DNA of 64,000 bases from Octopus bimaculoides (lineage: Eukaryota). Of the stretch, positions 50,603-63,692 are shown piece by piece. The stretch is from positions 41,629,918 to 41,693,917 of the forward strand of contig NC_068989.1 of assembly GCF_001194135.2 (NCBI RefSeq), written 5' to 3'. Under the pieces are notes generated by a model that had not been told where the DNA came from, searched no databases, and worked only from the letters and a program-made list of their open reading frames with translations. A program made the translations under genes and the position numbers. How positions within the stretch are numbered: position 1 is the first letter of the stretch; each line of letters starts with the position of its first letter.

Positions 50603-51087
50603 ATCATCATGATCATCATTTAACATCTGTTTTCTACACTAGCATGGGTTGGATGGTTTAACAGGATACAGTGAGCCACTGGGCTGTATTGAGCTCCAGT
50701 GCTAGCTTTGGCATGCTTTTTATGGCTGAGTACCCTTTTTAATGCCAACTACTTTACAGTGTGCTCTTTGTGCTCCTCACATTTGTGACGTTGCCCAATA
50801 ACTTGCGAGACAGAAGAAGAACATGGAGAAATGCTTAAAGAAAAAGCTCCTGCTACTAAGTGGTGATGAATTTACACCACATTATACAGGGGCAGGAGTA
50901 ACTGAGAAAGAGATAAACATGGTAGTGATTATATAATCATCATCATTATCATAGACGTTGTGGAAACACTGCGGCCATATTGTAAAAATTTGAATAAATA
51001 TGAATATATGGTATTCAGGTTTTAACAATGAGTTCTTTCTTTTTCATGGATGACATAGATCAACGTATTGGAATCCTCTGAACAAAG

Positions 51088-51427
51088 TGTAGTAGATACC
51101 ATGATAGAAACTCTCATATTGGCTTTTGGTGCAAAAATGCACTCTTGGTTATATCACTAGTGGGGAGATAAAACCCTGCTATTTCCAGCGATGAGACCAC
51201 CAGATCACATGGTTTTGACCTTCCTTGGGTTTCATCACTAGCACAAAGATGAGTTACTGCTATCTCTAACAGTCGAGTGTCCATCTTTGATGAGACCAAG
51301 GAAGGTCGAAATCACATGGTCTCGGCACTGGAGAAAGTAGGGATTTATCTCCCGACAAATGATATAAGCAAGAGTGCATTCTGCATCAAAAGCCAATATG
51401 AGTGTTTCTCTCATGGTATCTACCACA
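51088..51427. mobile_element. Inverted pair (~140-150-bp arms, 50-nt spacer) of a third hammerhead-containing element
   Basis: tgtagtagataccatgatagaaactctcatattggcttttggtgc... matches the reverse complement of ...gcatcaaaagccaatatgagtgtttctctcatggtatctaccaca at roughly 80%; core UUGAUGA-GACC(AAGGAA)GGUC-GAAA-UCACAUGGU-C at 51287-51321. Confidence 0.85.
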
Positions 51428-52286
51428 TTATAGTTTGTTCCAATAGAACATTCACGTTTAAACGGGGATAAATATTACCTCTCAGTATTGATACTGCCTC
51501 TGTTGCTAATACATATATTTCTAACATATATATGTATGTATACATACATGTATGCATTTATACAGTTAGCGGTCTGGAAAATAAGTGACCTGAGAAAGTA
51601 TTTTCTCTGTTAATATATATGGGCCGACAGCCAAGATTTGAAGTCCGGGTGGTGTTTCAGTACCATCAGTTTTGGCTTTTTCCAAGGAGAAACAGCAATA
51701 AGATAGGAAGGAGTGTTTTGATAAACAAAACAGATTAGTAGAAGAGACACACATTCACAGCAGAGGCACATGTGTGCGTTCTTTAATAATATTTCATCTC
51801 AGCTGGTTTGGCATATAGAACTGTATCTCAAATTCCATTGTACGAAGTAAATAAGAAACAACTCTGAAATGGGCTGCTTACTCAATTGCAGAAACAGCAG
51901 TTACACTTTACCTTGGCACTTTATTATATTACATCAAAGACAGAAAGTGAACAAATGCCATGAGATACCATCAATCTTTTTTGTATACAAACGGAGATGT
52001 ACTATCTCTTAACTCCTTACGTTATGATTGTCAGGTTGAGATAAGTTGAGATAATATAAAACAATTATAGCAATACAACAACAGTCACAAATAAACAATT
52101 TTACTGCCTTAAAACAAAAAGAGTATCTCTGGTTATGGAGCAGGATTTATATTTATGCTCCTTTTCCTACTTTATTAACATTATTATTATTGAACTTAAC
52201 CAGACAGAATAATTCAGGGTTTAATTTAAGATGATTGTTTGGTAGAGAAGAGGAAAATTTATAGTTATAATTATATATATATATAT

Positions 52287-52584
52287 ATCATCATCATCAT
52301 CATCATCATCGTTTAACGTCCGCTTTCCATGCTAGCATGGGTTGGACGATTTGACTGAGGACTGGTGAAACCGGATGGCAACACCAGGCTCCAGTCTGAT
52401 TTGGCAGAGTTTCTACAGCTGGATGCCCTTCCTAACGCCAACCACTCAGAGAGTGTAGTGGGTGCTTTTACGTGTCACCCGCACGAAAACGGCCACGCTC
52501 GAAATGGTGTCTTTTATGTGCCACCCGCACAAGCCAGTCCAGGGGCACTGGCAACGATCTCGCTCGAAAATCCTACGGGAGCCA
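52287..52584 (-). mobile_element. Young CpG-rich RTE-tailed retroelement fragment, (GAT)n tail at left
   Basis: Reverse complement ends ggttggcgttaggaagggcatccagctgtagaaac...cccatgctagcatggaaagcggacgttaaacgatgatgat, an RTE-type 3' end. Confidence 0.85.
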
Positions 52585-52867
52585 ATATATATATACATAT
52601 ATATATATATATTATATGCATAGGCATGTGACTTAGTGGTTAGAGTGTTGTACTTATATGCAGTTTTGGTTCCCAGTTTTGGTGCATTGTATTCTTGAGC
52701 ACAATACTTCACTGCATGTTGCTCTAGCCCACTAGGCGATATTCTGTTCAAGGTGAATGTTGGCCGGCTTGCCTAGCAAACCAGTGTGGTATCATTTGAA
52801 AGCTACAACAATGAGAGGAAGCACATTGTGAGCAGTGTTGTATAAAAGCAACCAATTGTCTGGTTGA

Positions 52868-53193
52868 TACAGTGATGTTGCCAGTACCGCCTGACTGGCT
52901 CCTGTAGGATTTTCGAGTGAGATCGTTGCCAGTGCCCCTGGACTGGCTTGTGCGGGTGGCACATAAAAGACACCATTTCGAGCGTGGCCGTTTTCGTGCG
53001 GGTGACACGTAAAAGCACCCACTACACTCTCTGAGTGGTTGGCGTTAGGAAGGGCATCCAGCTGTAGAAACTCTGCCAAATTAGATTGGAGCCTGGTGTA
53101 GCCATCCGGTTTCACCAGTCCTCAGTCAAATCGTCCAACCCATGCTAGCATGGAAAGCGGACGTTAAACGATGATGATGATGATGATGATGAT
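52868..53193 (+). mobile_element. Young CpG-rich RTE-tailed retroelement fragment, (GAT)n tail at right
   Basis: 274-nt inverted match to 52311-52584 with 5 mismatches in my manual alignment. Confidence 0.85.
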
Positions 53194-53754
53194 ATATATA
53201 TATATATACATACATACATACATACATACACACTTTTCCATGGTTACATGACTTGGACAGAATTCATTTAACCAGATACACTTCTCATGGCCACATATAC
53301 ACATATATATGAGTACATAATTCAGCTGATCAAAAAACTGAATCTGATTATTGTAACCGGCTGAGAACCACTTACAATTTACTTTATAATACGTATTCAT
53401 TGATCAGTGATTCTAGGTAGAACATCTTACACAATTCTGTCAGCTTGTGGTGTGACTTTGAACCATCTTGATGACATGCTTTTAAAAAGCATTATCGACA
53501 CAGAACAATACGAGAGGGTATTATCACTAGTAGCGCCATAATGGGGTACTACAATTTCTTATTAGGGGAATACTGTCTAAGATTCATGATATTAGAAGGG
53601 AAAATAAGGAGTTAAGATGTTGAAGTCTTTCCAAAGAAGTGGTTCCAGCTGAGAATGGAAACCAACTAACATATTTAATTTGATTAGAATTCATAATTGC
53701 ACTAGTGGCACATATCATTTATGGCTGTGTGTATGTATGCATGTATATAGACAA

Positions 53755-54075
53755 AACAATTAAACTCTTTTGTACCATATTTCTATTGAAATACATTGCA
53801 TTTGTTTCAATTGATATTGAGAATAATGAAGAATTTAGTCAAAGAACTTTGTCCTTATTTACCCTTTTGTTATCATATTTCTGTTCAAATACACTGCCTT
53901 TGTTTCAATTAATTTTAAATAATGAAGAATTTAGTAAAATAACTGCCATTATTAAATTGGTATCTGGAACACAAACTAGCATGAAATTTTGATGAAGGCT
54001 TTTAATTTAGATTATTCTAAGCAAGAAGTTAATATCATAAAACCAGGGGCAGTCTCAAGCAGGTTGGTATCAACC
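53755..54075. mobile_element. Second TTAA/CCCTTT-type MITE family with partial internal duplication (relatives near 19740-20020, 27880-28010, 38190-38380, 59915-60010)
   Basis: ttaaactcttttgtaccatatttctattgaaatac...gtttcaatt...aataatgaagaatttagt occurs twice in tandem, then catgaaattttgatg(g)aagg and gtctcaagcaggttggtatc. Confidence 0.65.
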
Positions 54076-54697
54076 TGTTTGTTTATTCAAGACAGATGGA
54101 AGCAGTATTTTAGAATAAATAATATCAAAATAACAAGTTGATTCCATTTCTCTCTCTCTCTCACACACACACACACAAACATTACTAGTTTTATGACAAA
54201 GACACAACTTGGACAATATTTTGCATTTTGCAGCAATAATTCAATTTATATTTGGTTTTCACTGCAAGAATATGAAAGGAGAAAGAAATATCCTTTCTAA
54301 ATTGAAAGAAACATTTATATGGTTTTTGTCAGTATCTTCTACACAGTAATTATCATTCTGCAACAGTGATATCGTTTTTTTATATATTTTATTTTATTTT
54401 ATAGCAAGACAGATTCGAGAACAGAGAACAACAAAACACTGGCCTCAATCAGCAATGACGTAACAAAAGTGTGAGGTAATTAATGGAAGAAGCCCTGAAA
54501 AATTAGTTGCTGTCAGTCATCAAGACACCATCCTGCTTCAACGCTAATACATTAATGATATGTCTTAACAACTTTTTCACTAATAGAAAATTGGCATGTC
54601 ATACACACACACACATAATTATCTGAAGGACTACAGTTACATACCTCATGTGTGTAATTGTCTGAAACTCAGTAATGAGATGAATTCACTGAAGGCA

Positions 54698-54740
<43 letters not shown>

Positions 54741-54824
54741 CTACTTTATCTTTCAATGCTGTCTTTGATAACATTTCGCAAAATTTTTCTCTCCCTACTT
54801 TTATTATTATATTATTATTATTAT

Positions 54825-55022
54825 AAAAGGTGGTGAACTAGCAGAATCACTGGAATTCTGGACAAAATAATTAGTGACATTTCATCTAGCTCTCTGCTGA
54901 GGTCGACTTTGCCTTTCATCCTTTCGGGGTGGATAAAATAGTACCAGTGAAACACTGGTGTTGATGTACTCAGTTAGTCCCCTCCTCTAAAATTAAAGGC
55001 CCTGTGCCTTTAGTAGAAAGGA
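54825..55022 (+). mobile_element. SINE family A
   Basis: ggtggtgaactagcagaatc...gaggtcgactttgcctttcatcctttcgggg...ggccctgtgcctttagtagaaagg + (ATT)n. Confidence 0.85.
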
Positions 55023-55791
55023 TTATTATTTATTATTTTTTATGCATTTAACCTTTTATTTTGTTGTTTAAATCTAGGTTATAAGGTGAAGTGTATGGAC
55101 AGAATATATATATATATAACTGAGTTACGCAGAAGCTATTAATAAGATCAGTAAATAGAAAAATAGAACAGAAATAAATAAATAAAAAACATTTTTTTCT
55201 TTGCGCCCCAAATTATGTTTGGATGAAGGAATATCTTGGAAATAATCTGTGATGTAAATTGCTTCTATTTCTAAGAATAACATGGTGACTAAATCATACA
55301 GCAGGAAATGAAAAAAACAGCCAACTCTGAGACAAGAAAAAAAATGAGAAGCTTCCTGGTATCTACAATTAATCCAATATCATCCAGTATATATTCTGCA
55401 ATTGTTCTCTAGTTGGTTTTAGAGAACAATAGCAACTGGCATTAAAAATAATCTATTTAAGCTCCACAGTGGTTAACACAGATTAAAATACATCAACAAA
55501 ACAAAACAAAACAGGAAAAAAAAAAAAAAACCATTTGGTTTTGTTAAAAAAAATAAAAGAAAAAATATTTTAAAATGAAATTTATAAAAATTTTTATAAT
55601 TATTCTTAATAAAAAAATTCTAGTAAGTACAGAGAGGGCAAAATTCAGACAAAATAAGTTCAATACGCTCTTGAATTGTCCACAGGCATGCTTCAATTTT
55701 TCTAAAATTGAATAAAATAAATAAAATAATGATGAATACACATGTATGTGTACATGATGAACAAAATGAATAATGATGATAATAATAATGA

Positions 55792-56386
55792 TTTCAAATT
55801 TTGGTACAAGGCCAGCAATTTTTTTGGGGGGGAGGGAGAAAGTCAATTTACATCAATCCCAGTGATCAATTGGTACTTATTCTATCAACCCTGAGAGGAT
55901 GAAAGGTAAAGTCAACCTCTGTGGAATTTGAACTCAGAATGTAATGACAGATAAAATGCAACAATAATAATAATCTTTTCTACTCTAGGCACAAGGCCTG
56001 AAATTTGGGGGGAGGGGACCAGTTGATTAGACTGACCTCAGTATGCAACTGGTACTTAATTTATTGATCCTAAAAGGATGAAAGGCAAAGTTGACCACAG
56101 CGGAATTTGAACTCAGAACATAAAGACAAACGAAATATCGCTAAGCATTTCCCCTGGCGTACTAATGTATCTGCCAGCTCACCACCTTATAATAATAATC
56201 CTTTCTACTAAAGGCGCAAAGTCTGAAATTTTGAGGAAGGGAACTAGTCGATTACATATACCCCAGTGTTTCACTGATATTTGATTTATCAATCCTGAAA
56301 GGACAAAAGGTAAAACTGAACTCAGAACGTTAAGACAGACAAAACACTGCTAAGCATTTTACTCAGTGTGCTAATGATTCTGCCTT
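55792..56386 (-). mobile_element. Three tandem SINE family A copies (approx. 55792-55945, 55970-56187, 56195-56386)
   Basis: Reverse family A motifs repeated, each delimited by (AAT)n. Confidence 0.88.
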
Positions 56387-57505
56387 CATAATCATAATAA
56401 CAATGTTTCAATGTTTGCATGGGTTGGACAGAGTTTACCAAGGCAGATTTTCTACAGCCAGATGCCCTTCTTGCCACCGCCCTCACCCATTAACAGGCAA
56501 AGTGATATTTCTCCATAGCCAGACATGTTCTTGCAGTATACTGGAAATGATCGACACTGCTTGTATGACAGAGACAAACATTTACAACTATCATGTGATG
56601 TCAAAACGAGGAGAAACACACACATATATATATGATGGGCTCCTGCGAGTTTCTGGTTACACACACAATTTTATTTTTATTAATAATTGGCAAAACCTAC
56701 AGAAGTTACAAATAAATAATCAAATAAGTGCCAATGCACGAAACTCTTGACCCTTGAGGCACTCTGTAACTTCTGCTGATTATTAAGAAGGGAAAATATA
56801 TATATATATATATTCAAGTTTTGAATTCTATTTTCCTGCTTGCATAACCAAACGTGTGTGCATGTGTATATGTATAATATGCAGACACACAAATATAAGG
56901 ATAATATAACATGATAAAGGAAGATAACAAGTTTTAATAATAGATCACAATGTCGGTTTCTGCACTGTGCACCAGCTTTGGGTTGCTGAATTTGTATTCA
57001 TGTATCATCAAAGAAGATTATTCTTTATAATTATTACAATATATTTGAATATTTTTCAGCAACAACCATGTGTGAGCACTTCATTTAGTGGAATACAATT
57101 AATTCCTGTTGGATTTTTCTGAATACTCTGTCTATATAATGTACATTTCTTTCAGGGATGTAAGCTTTTACTTGAATTATACTATATATATATATAATAC
57201 ACACACACACACACACACACCCTTGTATATATGAAACAGAGACTAAACAATTGTACAAGAACACTGAATAATGTTGTATATATTAAACTGATATGGAATA
57301 AGTGTGTAAACACTGTGAAATACATTAGGTGTAAAAATGATAAAGACACAACAAACCTAAAGCAAGCTGACATTTAGCTAAAGGCCATTCTCATACCAAG
57401 ATACAACAACTTTCAGTCAATGACCCTTGATTAGTGTAGCTCCATTGGACACTGCAATGGACACCTTTATGCATTACTGCTGTGTGTACAAAAATTAAAT
57501 ATTGC

Positions 57506-57825
57506 AGGCTTGGCTATTGGTAAAAAGTTTGCTTCCAAACTACATGGTTCCAGGTTCAGTCATACTGTATGGCATCTTGGACAAGTGTCTTCTACTATAG
57601 CTCAGGGCTGACCAAAGCCTGGAGAGTAGATTTAAGCCTGTTGTATGTGTGTGTATGTGTGTGTGTGTGTGTATGTGTGTATACACACACATGTTAGCAA
57701 GGGCATCCAGCCATAGAAACCAAGCCAAATCATACTGGAACCTGGTACAGCACTCAGTTTTCCAACTCTGATTGAACCATCTGACCCATGTCAGCATGAA
57801 AAACGGACATTAAAGGATGACGTCA
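57506..57825 (+). mobile_element. SINE family B head with RTE-like tail
   Basis: catggttccaggttcagtc...ccaaagcct...; gggcatccagccatagaaac...gcatgaaaaacggacattaaaggatgacg. Confidence 0.75.
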
Positions 57826-58083
57826 ATGATGATATATAATGTATATATGTGAATGCATATCACCTTATCTTTCGCACAACATGATAGTTGTAAAATGATT
57901 GTCACTATCATATGAGCAGCGTCATTCATTCCCAATATTCTGTGAGAACATTTCAACCTTGGTGGGATTTGAACTCAAGACATAAAAGAACTGGAATAAA
58001 TAAGGTAAGGCATTTTACAAGAACTCTAACAATTCTACTAACCCACTGCCATGATGATGATAATAATAATAATGATGTAACCT

Positions 58084-58262
58084 GCTAGAAACAACAGTCA
58101 AGTCTCCTTAAAACCACACTCCATTGTTTCTATGTGTTCATACAATTTGCTAGAAATAGCAGCTAAGTTTCCTTAAAATCACACCCTACTACCTCTATGT
58201 GTTCATACAATCTGGTAGAAGCAGTAGTTAAGAGTTTCCTTAAAATCACACCTTACTGTCTT
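58084..58262. repeat. 65-bp tandem repeat, ~2.7 units
   Basis: g(c/g)tagaa...ccttaaaa(c/t)cacac...ctatgtgttcatacaat units start at 58084, 58149 and 58214. Confidence 0.85.
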
Positions 58263-60556
58263 TTGAAAAAAAAAAAAGAAAGAAAGAAAGAAAACTGGGT
58301 AATGTAGTAGCAGTAGTAAATACAGTTTATTTAAATAAAAGACTGGATGGTCATAACTGGAACAAACCTTATCATGTCTGATGGATAAGAGCTGGAAGAA
58401 GAGATTGAAACCGCCACCACGACCATCATTATTTCTAAGAACCTAGCAAAGCAAGTAGTTTGATTACAAGTGTTTGGTTTCCAGTAAAAACAGCTACAAC
58501 TTGACATTCTGCAATTCATCACAAACACTTTGATGTTTCAAGATTGCCAGACAAGGATTATAAGAGCCTCTCTCTCTGCCTCATTTAACCAAATCACATT
58601 TCACCAGTACCACCACCACCACCACCACCACCGCCGTCGTCACCATCACCATCAATGTCATCACTGTTCCACTGCTGCCACCCAGCTTTTAGTTTTGCTT
58701 CACTGAAATGACTATGCAAGGCAGAGAGGATATAGAACATAAATTCTATAAAGCAGGAAGTGTTAAATAATTTGTTTTTGTTAATGTGCCTCATCAGCAT
58801 CCCACCCCCTGATACACCTGTATTCTGTTGGCACAGCGACAGTGTGTATGTGTATATGCATGTAAGTAATATAATATACCAAAGGCATAAGGGAATTAAG
58901 ACTTGGACTATAAACCAAATGGAAAATAAATTAATAAACAAATTAAATAAATATGGAAGTCTATGATCCGGTAGGAACTGAAATAAAAAGTAGAAGATAT
59001 GGGCAATGGAGGGAGAGAGAGAGAGAGAGAGTGTGTGAAAGTAGTGTTTGAAGAAGGTATTGGAAAACTGTAATGTGTAAAGTTGGCATATAAAACACTA
59101 GGCATTCATTGTTTGGTTAATAAAAATTTAACTATTAATAATAAAATCACTTTATATTAATTATATTACACACATAGTAATTCAAACAAGAGTGATTTTT
59201 TTTTCTCCAACTGTGTTTAAGCTTAACTCCTGAGTAAGATTTATAGGAATAAACTAAAAGATAGACTGATAAATGATTGTAACTTTATGGAAACAATGGT
59301 TTGTTATTGTATTAGTAATAGACAACATTATTGACAGTACAGTTAGGAGTTTTGTGGTTTGACATCCGAGACTAACCTTATATCCAATTTTGAATCACTA
59401 TTTGTCATTTCTGAATAAATATACATTAATCCTTATTCAGTAAAATATGTATCAGTCATCAACTGTGGTGAATACAACCAATCATATTTTGTGCCATTTC
59501 AGAGTTAAAAATAAACCACACACAACAAAATAAGAATAAAACACTTAACACATTATAATCACATCAGGAACTATTGAATTAAGAACAGCAATTATTACAG
59601 AATATCAGCAATTTTCTGTGAAAATTAATCAATAGAAAGAAAATGTTGAGAATTAGATGAAAGTTTCATGACAACCCCTATACATACAATGCTATGCTAA
59701 CTCCCCTCTAATAATCATAATATGCAAACAATTGCTGACGGTGGCATTCTTCAAGTGAAGACTACACAAAATGAATTCAATTACAAAAAGCAATCAATCA
59801 CTCAGAACAAACTTAAAACTATGTTAAAACACTTTCTGTTATGGCAGTGGAGGAGACAGTACCCACTGGGCAATAAAATCATTTTTGAATGCTGTGTTTT
59901 ACATGTATGTTGGCCTGTAACCCTTTTGGTACCAATCCACCCAAGGCTGCCTTTGCTACTGATACAACAGAGTGTATTTCAACAGAAATATGGTACCAAA
60001 AGGGTTAACTTCTCAACACAGATTATTTGTTCTCTAATGCTTGGCCGATCAAAGACCAATCCTGATGAGTACATCACCAGGCATCTCTATTTCCAAGCAA
60101 CTCTCATATGATTAACTTTACCTACTAAGTGCATACTCATGGCCAAGTGGTAATAGTGTTGTAGTCATGATCATAAGTATGTGGTTTCAATTCCCAGGCC
60201 AAGGAGAGTGTTGTGTCCTTGAGCAAGGCTGTTCATTTCACATTGTTCCTGTCCATCTAGCTTAGAATGAGTGTCAGTAGTAGTCGGGGAGTTAACCTAA
60301 CAATGGATTGGTGTCCTATTCAGGATGGGGTTAAGTGGAGTTTTGTATTCTCTTGACTGCTTATGCAACATGCAAACTGAGACATGCTCTGGTTTAATGA
60401 ACCTCAAGGCTTGTTACACACACACACTGTCTGTATGTATGTACGTGTTTCCCAATCTATAAACAACACAGAAAAACCCACAAGTACTGCTCTCTTCCAC
60501 CACCCATCAACTACTCAGACCAACATAAACACACCAACAAAAATAGACAGATAATC

Positions 60557-60614
<58 letters not shown>

Positions 60615-62260
60615 CAGTGGAAAGTGTAGTTGATAGAGGAAATGACTAAGTGATGACAATTTGGTGAGAGAACATTCCATAAGGCTGCATACAAACATGA
60701 AGAGATGAGAAGAATCAATAATGAAGGACATGATGAGATGGCAATATTTATTGAACACATCATGGTAAGAACATTTGAACTAGAGAAGGTCATTGTCTAG
60801 TCTGTTACACAATGTTAAACAAAACATAACAAATAAAATTCCACTGGAGAACGCAAGAGCCTTACGTCATCACTTAACAGTTGGATTTTTGAACCCCCAA
60901 CCAACACATCCCCTTAAAACTGACTCCAACAAGTCTCCTTGAAATCTAGAGATTATCTTTAAAATAGCAGGAGAAAAAAAAAGATCTTGCTAGTAAACTA
61001 ACTACAAGAATGTAATTATAAAATGTTTTATGAGTGGGATAATTCAAGTTCTGCTGCTGTTGTCACCACTGACATCATCACTCCATCACAACCATCACTG
61101 CTGCTGTTGGAGATAAAATTTGTGACCCTCTTCCCTCCTACTTCAACACACAGTTGAAACCACATCACAAATATTAATTAATACACAGAATTTCACAACT
61201 TGTTATCTTAACCACAATTTATTGTGCCTGTATGAAGAATTATTCTGGTAAGGTTAGCAGCTCAGTACCAGGAGATGCAAATCAAAGCCATTGAATATCG
61301 TTATAAGATGAAGATGATGGAGTGATGGCAAGTTAAGCCACTTAGGATATGGTTTGCTCTAGACATCCAGATGAATAGGGACAGGAATGGGGTTAGGAAC
61401 AGAGTGGTCAACCTTTTCCAGATATGAGCCGAGAAATCAGGCAGAGGTGGCAAACATGTACATCTTCTTGATTACATTATCACCTGACCACTGTATCTTG
61501 CTATATTTTTCGTTGACTGGATGGAAAGGTCATGTTCCACTGGTGAGACAGGCCATCTACTACCAACATTCTCTGCGCAGAAGTTTGAGTATGCCTTGGT
61601 TGGTGATGTACAGATAAGTGCTGTGATCACCTTTTGTCAGACACATATCTGTGAGAGAAAAAACAGCTTTGGGCTAAGTGAAGACTAAGACTGGGTGCTT
61701 GGCAACTAAAATGTCCTTAGGTATATGTAACCTTCTACTAGTTGTGCAATATAGCTGGAGAAACTCTGATGTTCTGGTTTTATAGAGGACTGATGGTGAG
61801 GAAAAATGATGACAGTATTGGGAATCATCAAAAATTAACTAGTTGGTCTGTTCTAAAGGAATTTCAGCATAGAAACTATGGATAACTCTTAGACATTTGT
61901 ATGCTATGCATACTATTTTACCACCTTCGTTCACCTGCTTTAAAGAAAGCCTCTCATCACTGTTCTGTAACCATGTGGTGATAGAAAGCTGATTATATTT
62001 TTACATTTAGGACATTGAGTGTAGTGGCAGATGGTAAGATTTGTAGAGTACTGGACAAAATGAATAAAGGGTTGTTTAAGGAAGACAAACGAAATGCCCA
62101 TGTTTCTTGAGGTGAATTATTCAAACTGCAAACAATTCCTCTTAACACGTGGCTATGATGCTTCTCCACTACTCCTGCTCATGATCAGAGATGCACATAT
62201 TGTCAGCCACTAAGGGACTTGCTCAACCGGCTAAGGTCAAGCAATTGACAAGCAAATTTG

Positions 62261-62294
<34 letters not shown>

Positions 62295-62973
62295 ATTATT
62301 ATTAATAGTAGTAGTAATAGTGGTGGTGTTTCAGTGAAATCTCTGTTGGTGCAACACTAAACTGTTGGCACTTTTTCATTTAATGACTGGTTTAAATGCT
62401 TTTACAAAAAGGTAAGAAGATCACAAGTGCCAAATCAAGCCATCACTTTCTCATCCACCGCATCTTGCCACCACCACTTTTACATCAGAAGCAGCTTTAT
62501 TGCTTTGCGCTAAAAAAGTTGTCCTACTCATCACCATCCACCATCATCATCATCATTATCACCATCATTACGAAGATTACAAGACTAAACAGATATACAT
62601 TGAATATACCCCCACCCCATTACACTGCTGCCCTCCTCTCCTTAATCATTTCATGATAACAAAATTACTGGAGTCAGAAAAGACATTACTTGATCAATAG
62701 AGAGAGAGAGAGAGAGAGAGAAGGAAGTCTGTTAGTAAATCCCAATGCACACACACACACATACAGGCAGGCATAGACACAACCATGTCGCACAACCACC
62801 CACTAGTTTTATATGTAATAAGTTTCAGTAGCTGAATGTAGCACATAGTTTAGTCATCAGTTATTATACTATTGACTCACTACAGTTACTATTGATTGCA
62901 AACTAATTTCTTTAGGTCTTTCAAACAGTGTGGCAGCATCCTGTACAAGTATTAGAACTCAACAATAACAGAT

Positions 62974-63034
<61 letters not shown>

Positions 63035-63129
63035 GAGAGCATGTGTGGATGCATATGTGCATGTTTACATACAAACATACACACATACATATATTTTATA
63101 TTGGTATGTATATATATATATATAATATA

Positions 63130-63359
63130 NNNNNNNNNNNNNNNNNNNNNNNNNNNNNNNNNNNNNNNNNNNNNNNNNNNNNNNNNNNNNNNNNNNNNNN
63201 NNNNNNNNNNNNNNNNNNNNNNNNNNNNNNNNNNNNNNNNNNNNNNNNNNNNNNNNNNNNNNNNNNNNNNNNNNNNNNNNNNNNNNNNNNNNNNNNNNNN
63301 NNNNNNNNNNNNNNNNNNNNNNNNNNNNNNNNNNNNNNNNNNNNNNNNNNNNNNNNNNN
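63130..63359. other. Assembly gap (230 N) inside (TA)n
   Basis: Run of n. Confidence 1.
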
Positions 63360-63394
<35 letters not shown>

Positions 63395-63692
63395 CACACA
63401 CACACACACACATGTAATGATGAAGAATGTTTGTGTGAGATGTGATGTATACTAAAGTTTCTCCCTACTCTGCTGTATCAGTTAGTGGTAGTTTGTAAGA
63501 AGTACACTGGCAACCTCTTAAAGAAAAAGATAAGGAATACTGGATTTCCTTCTTTTCAAAAACATCTTTTTATTTTATCCCTAGCATCAACCCCACCCCA
63601 TCTTCCTCCCACACTCACTTCAATGTCTATTTCAATGAGACAACTTTTCAAACTACTGTGACACATGATGATGATGATGATGACGATGGTGA

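Noticed and set aside
52311-53169. Four A/G differences between the inverted copies suggested retrotransposition of an ADAR-edited RNA
   Set aside because: In element sense they are C/T differences, two at CpG sites (deamination), and the third copy at 45745 shares the 52311-type alleles, so subfamily variation or CpG decay explains them.
58331-58941. Gly-rich ORF end (DGDGDDGGGGGGGGG) and a possible small exon VLRNNDGRGGGFNLFFQLLSIRHDK as MAST 5' exons
   Set aside because: Derived from (CCA)n repeat; no MAST similarity and no demonstrable phase link to exon A.
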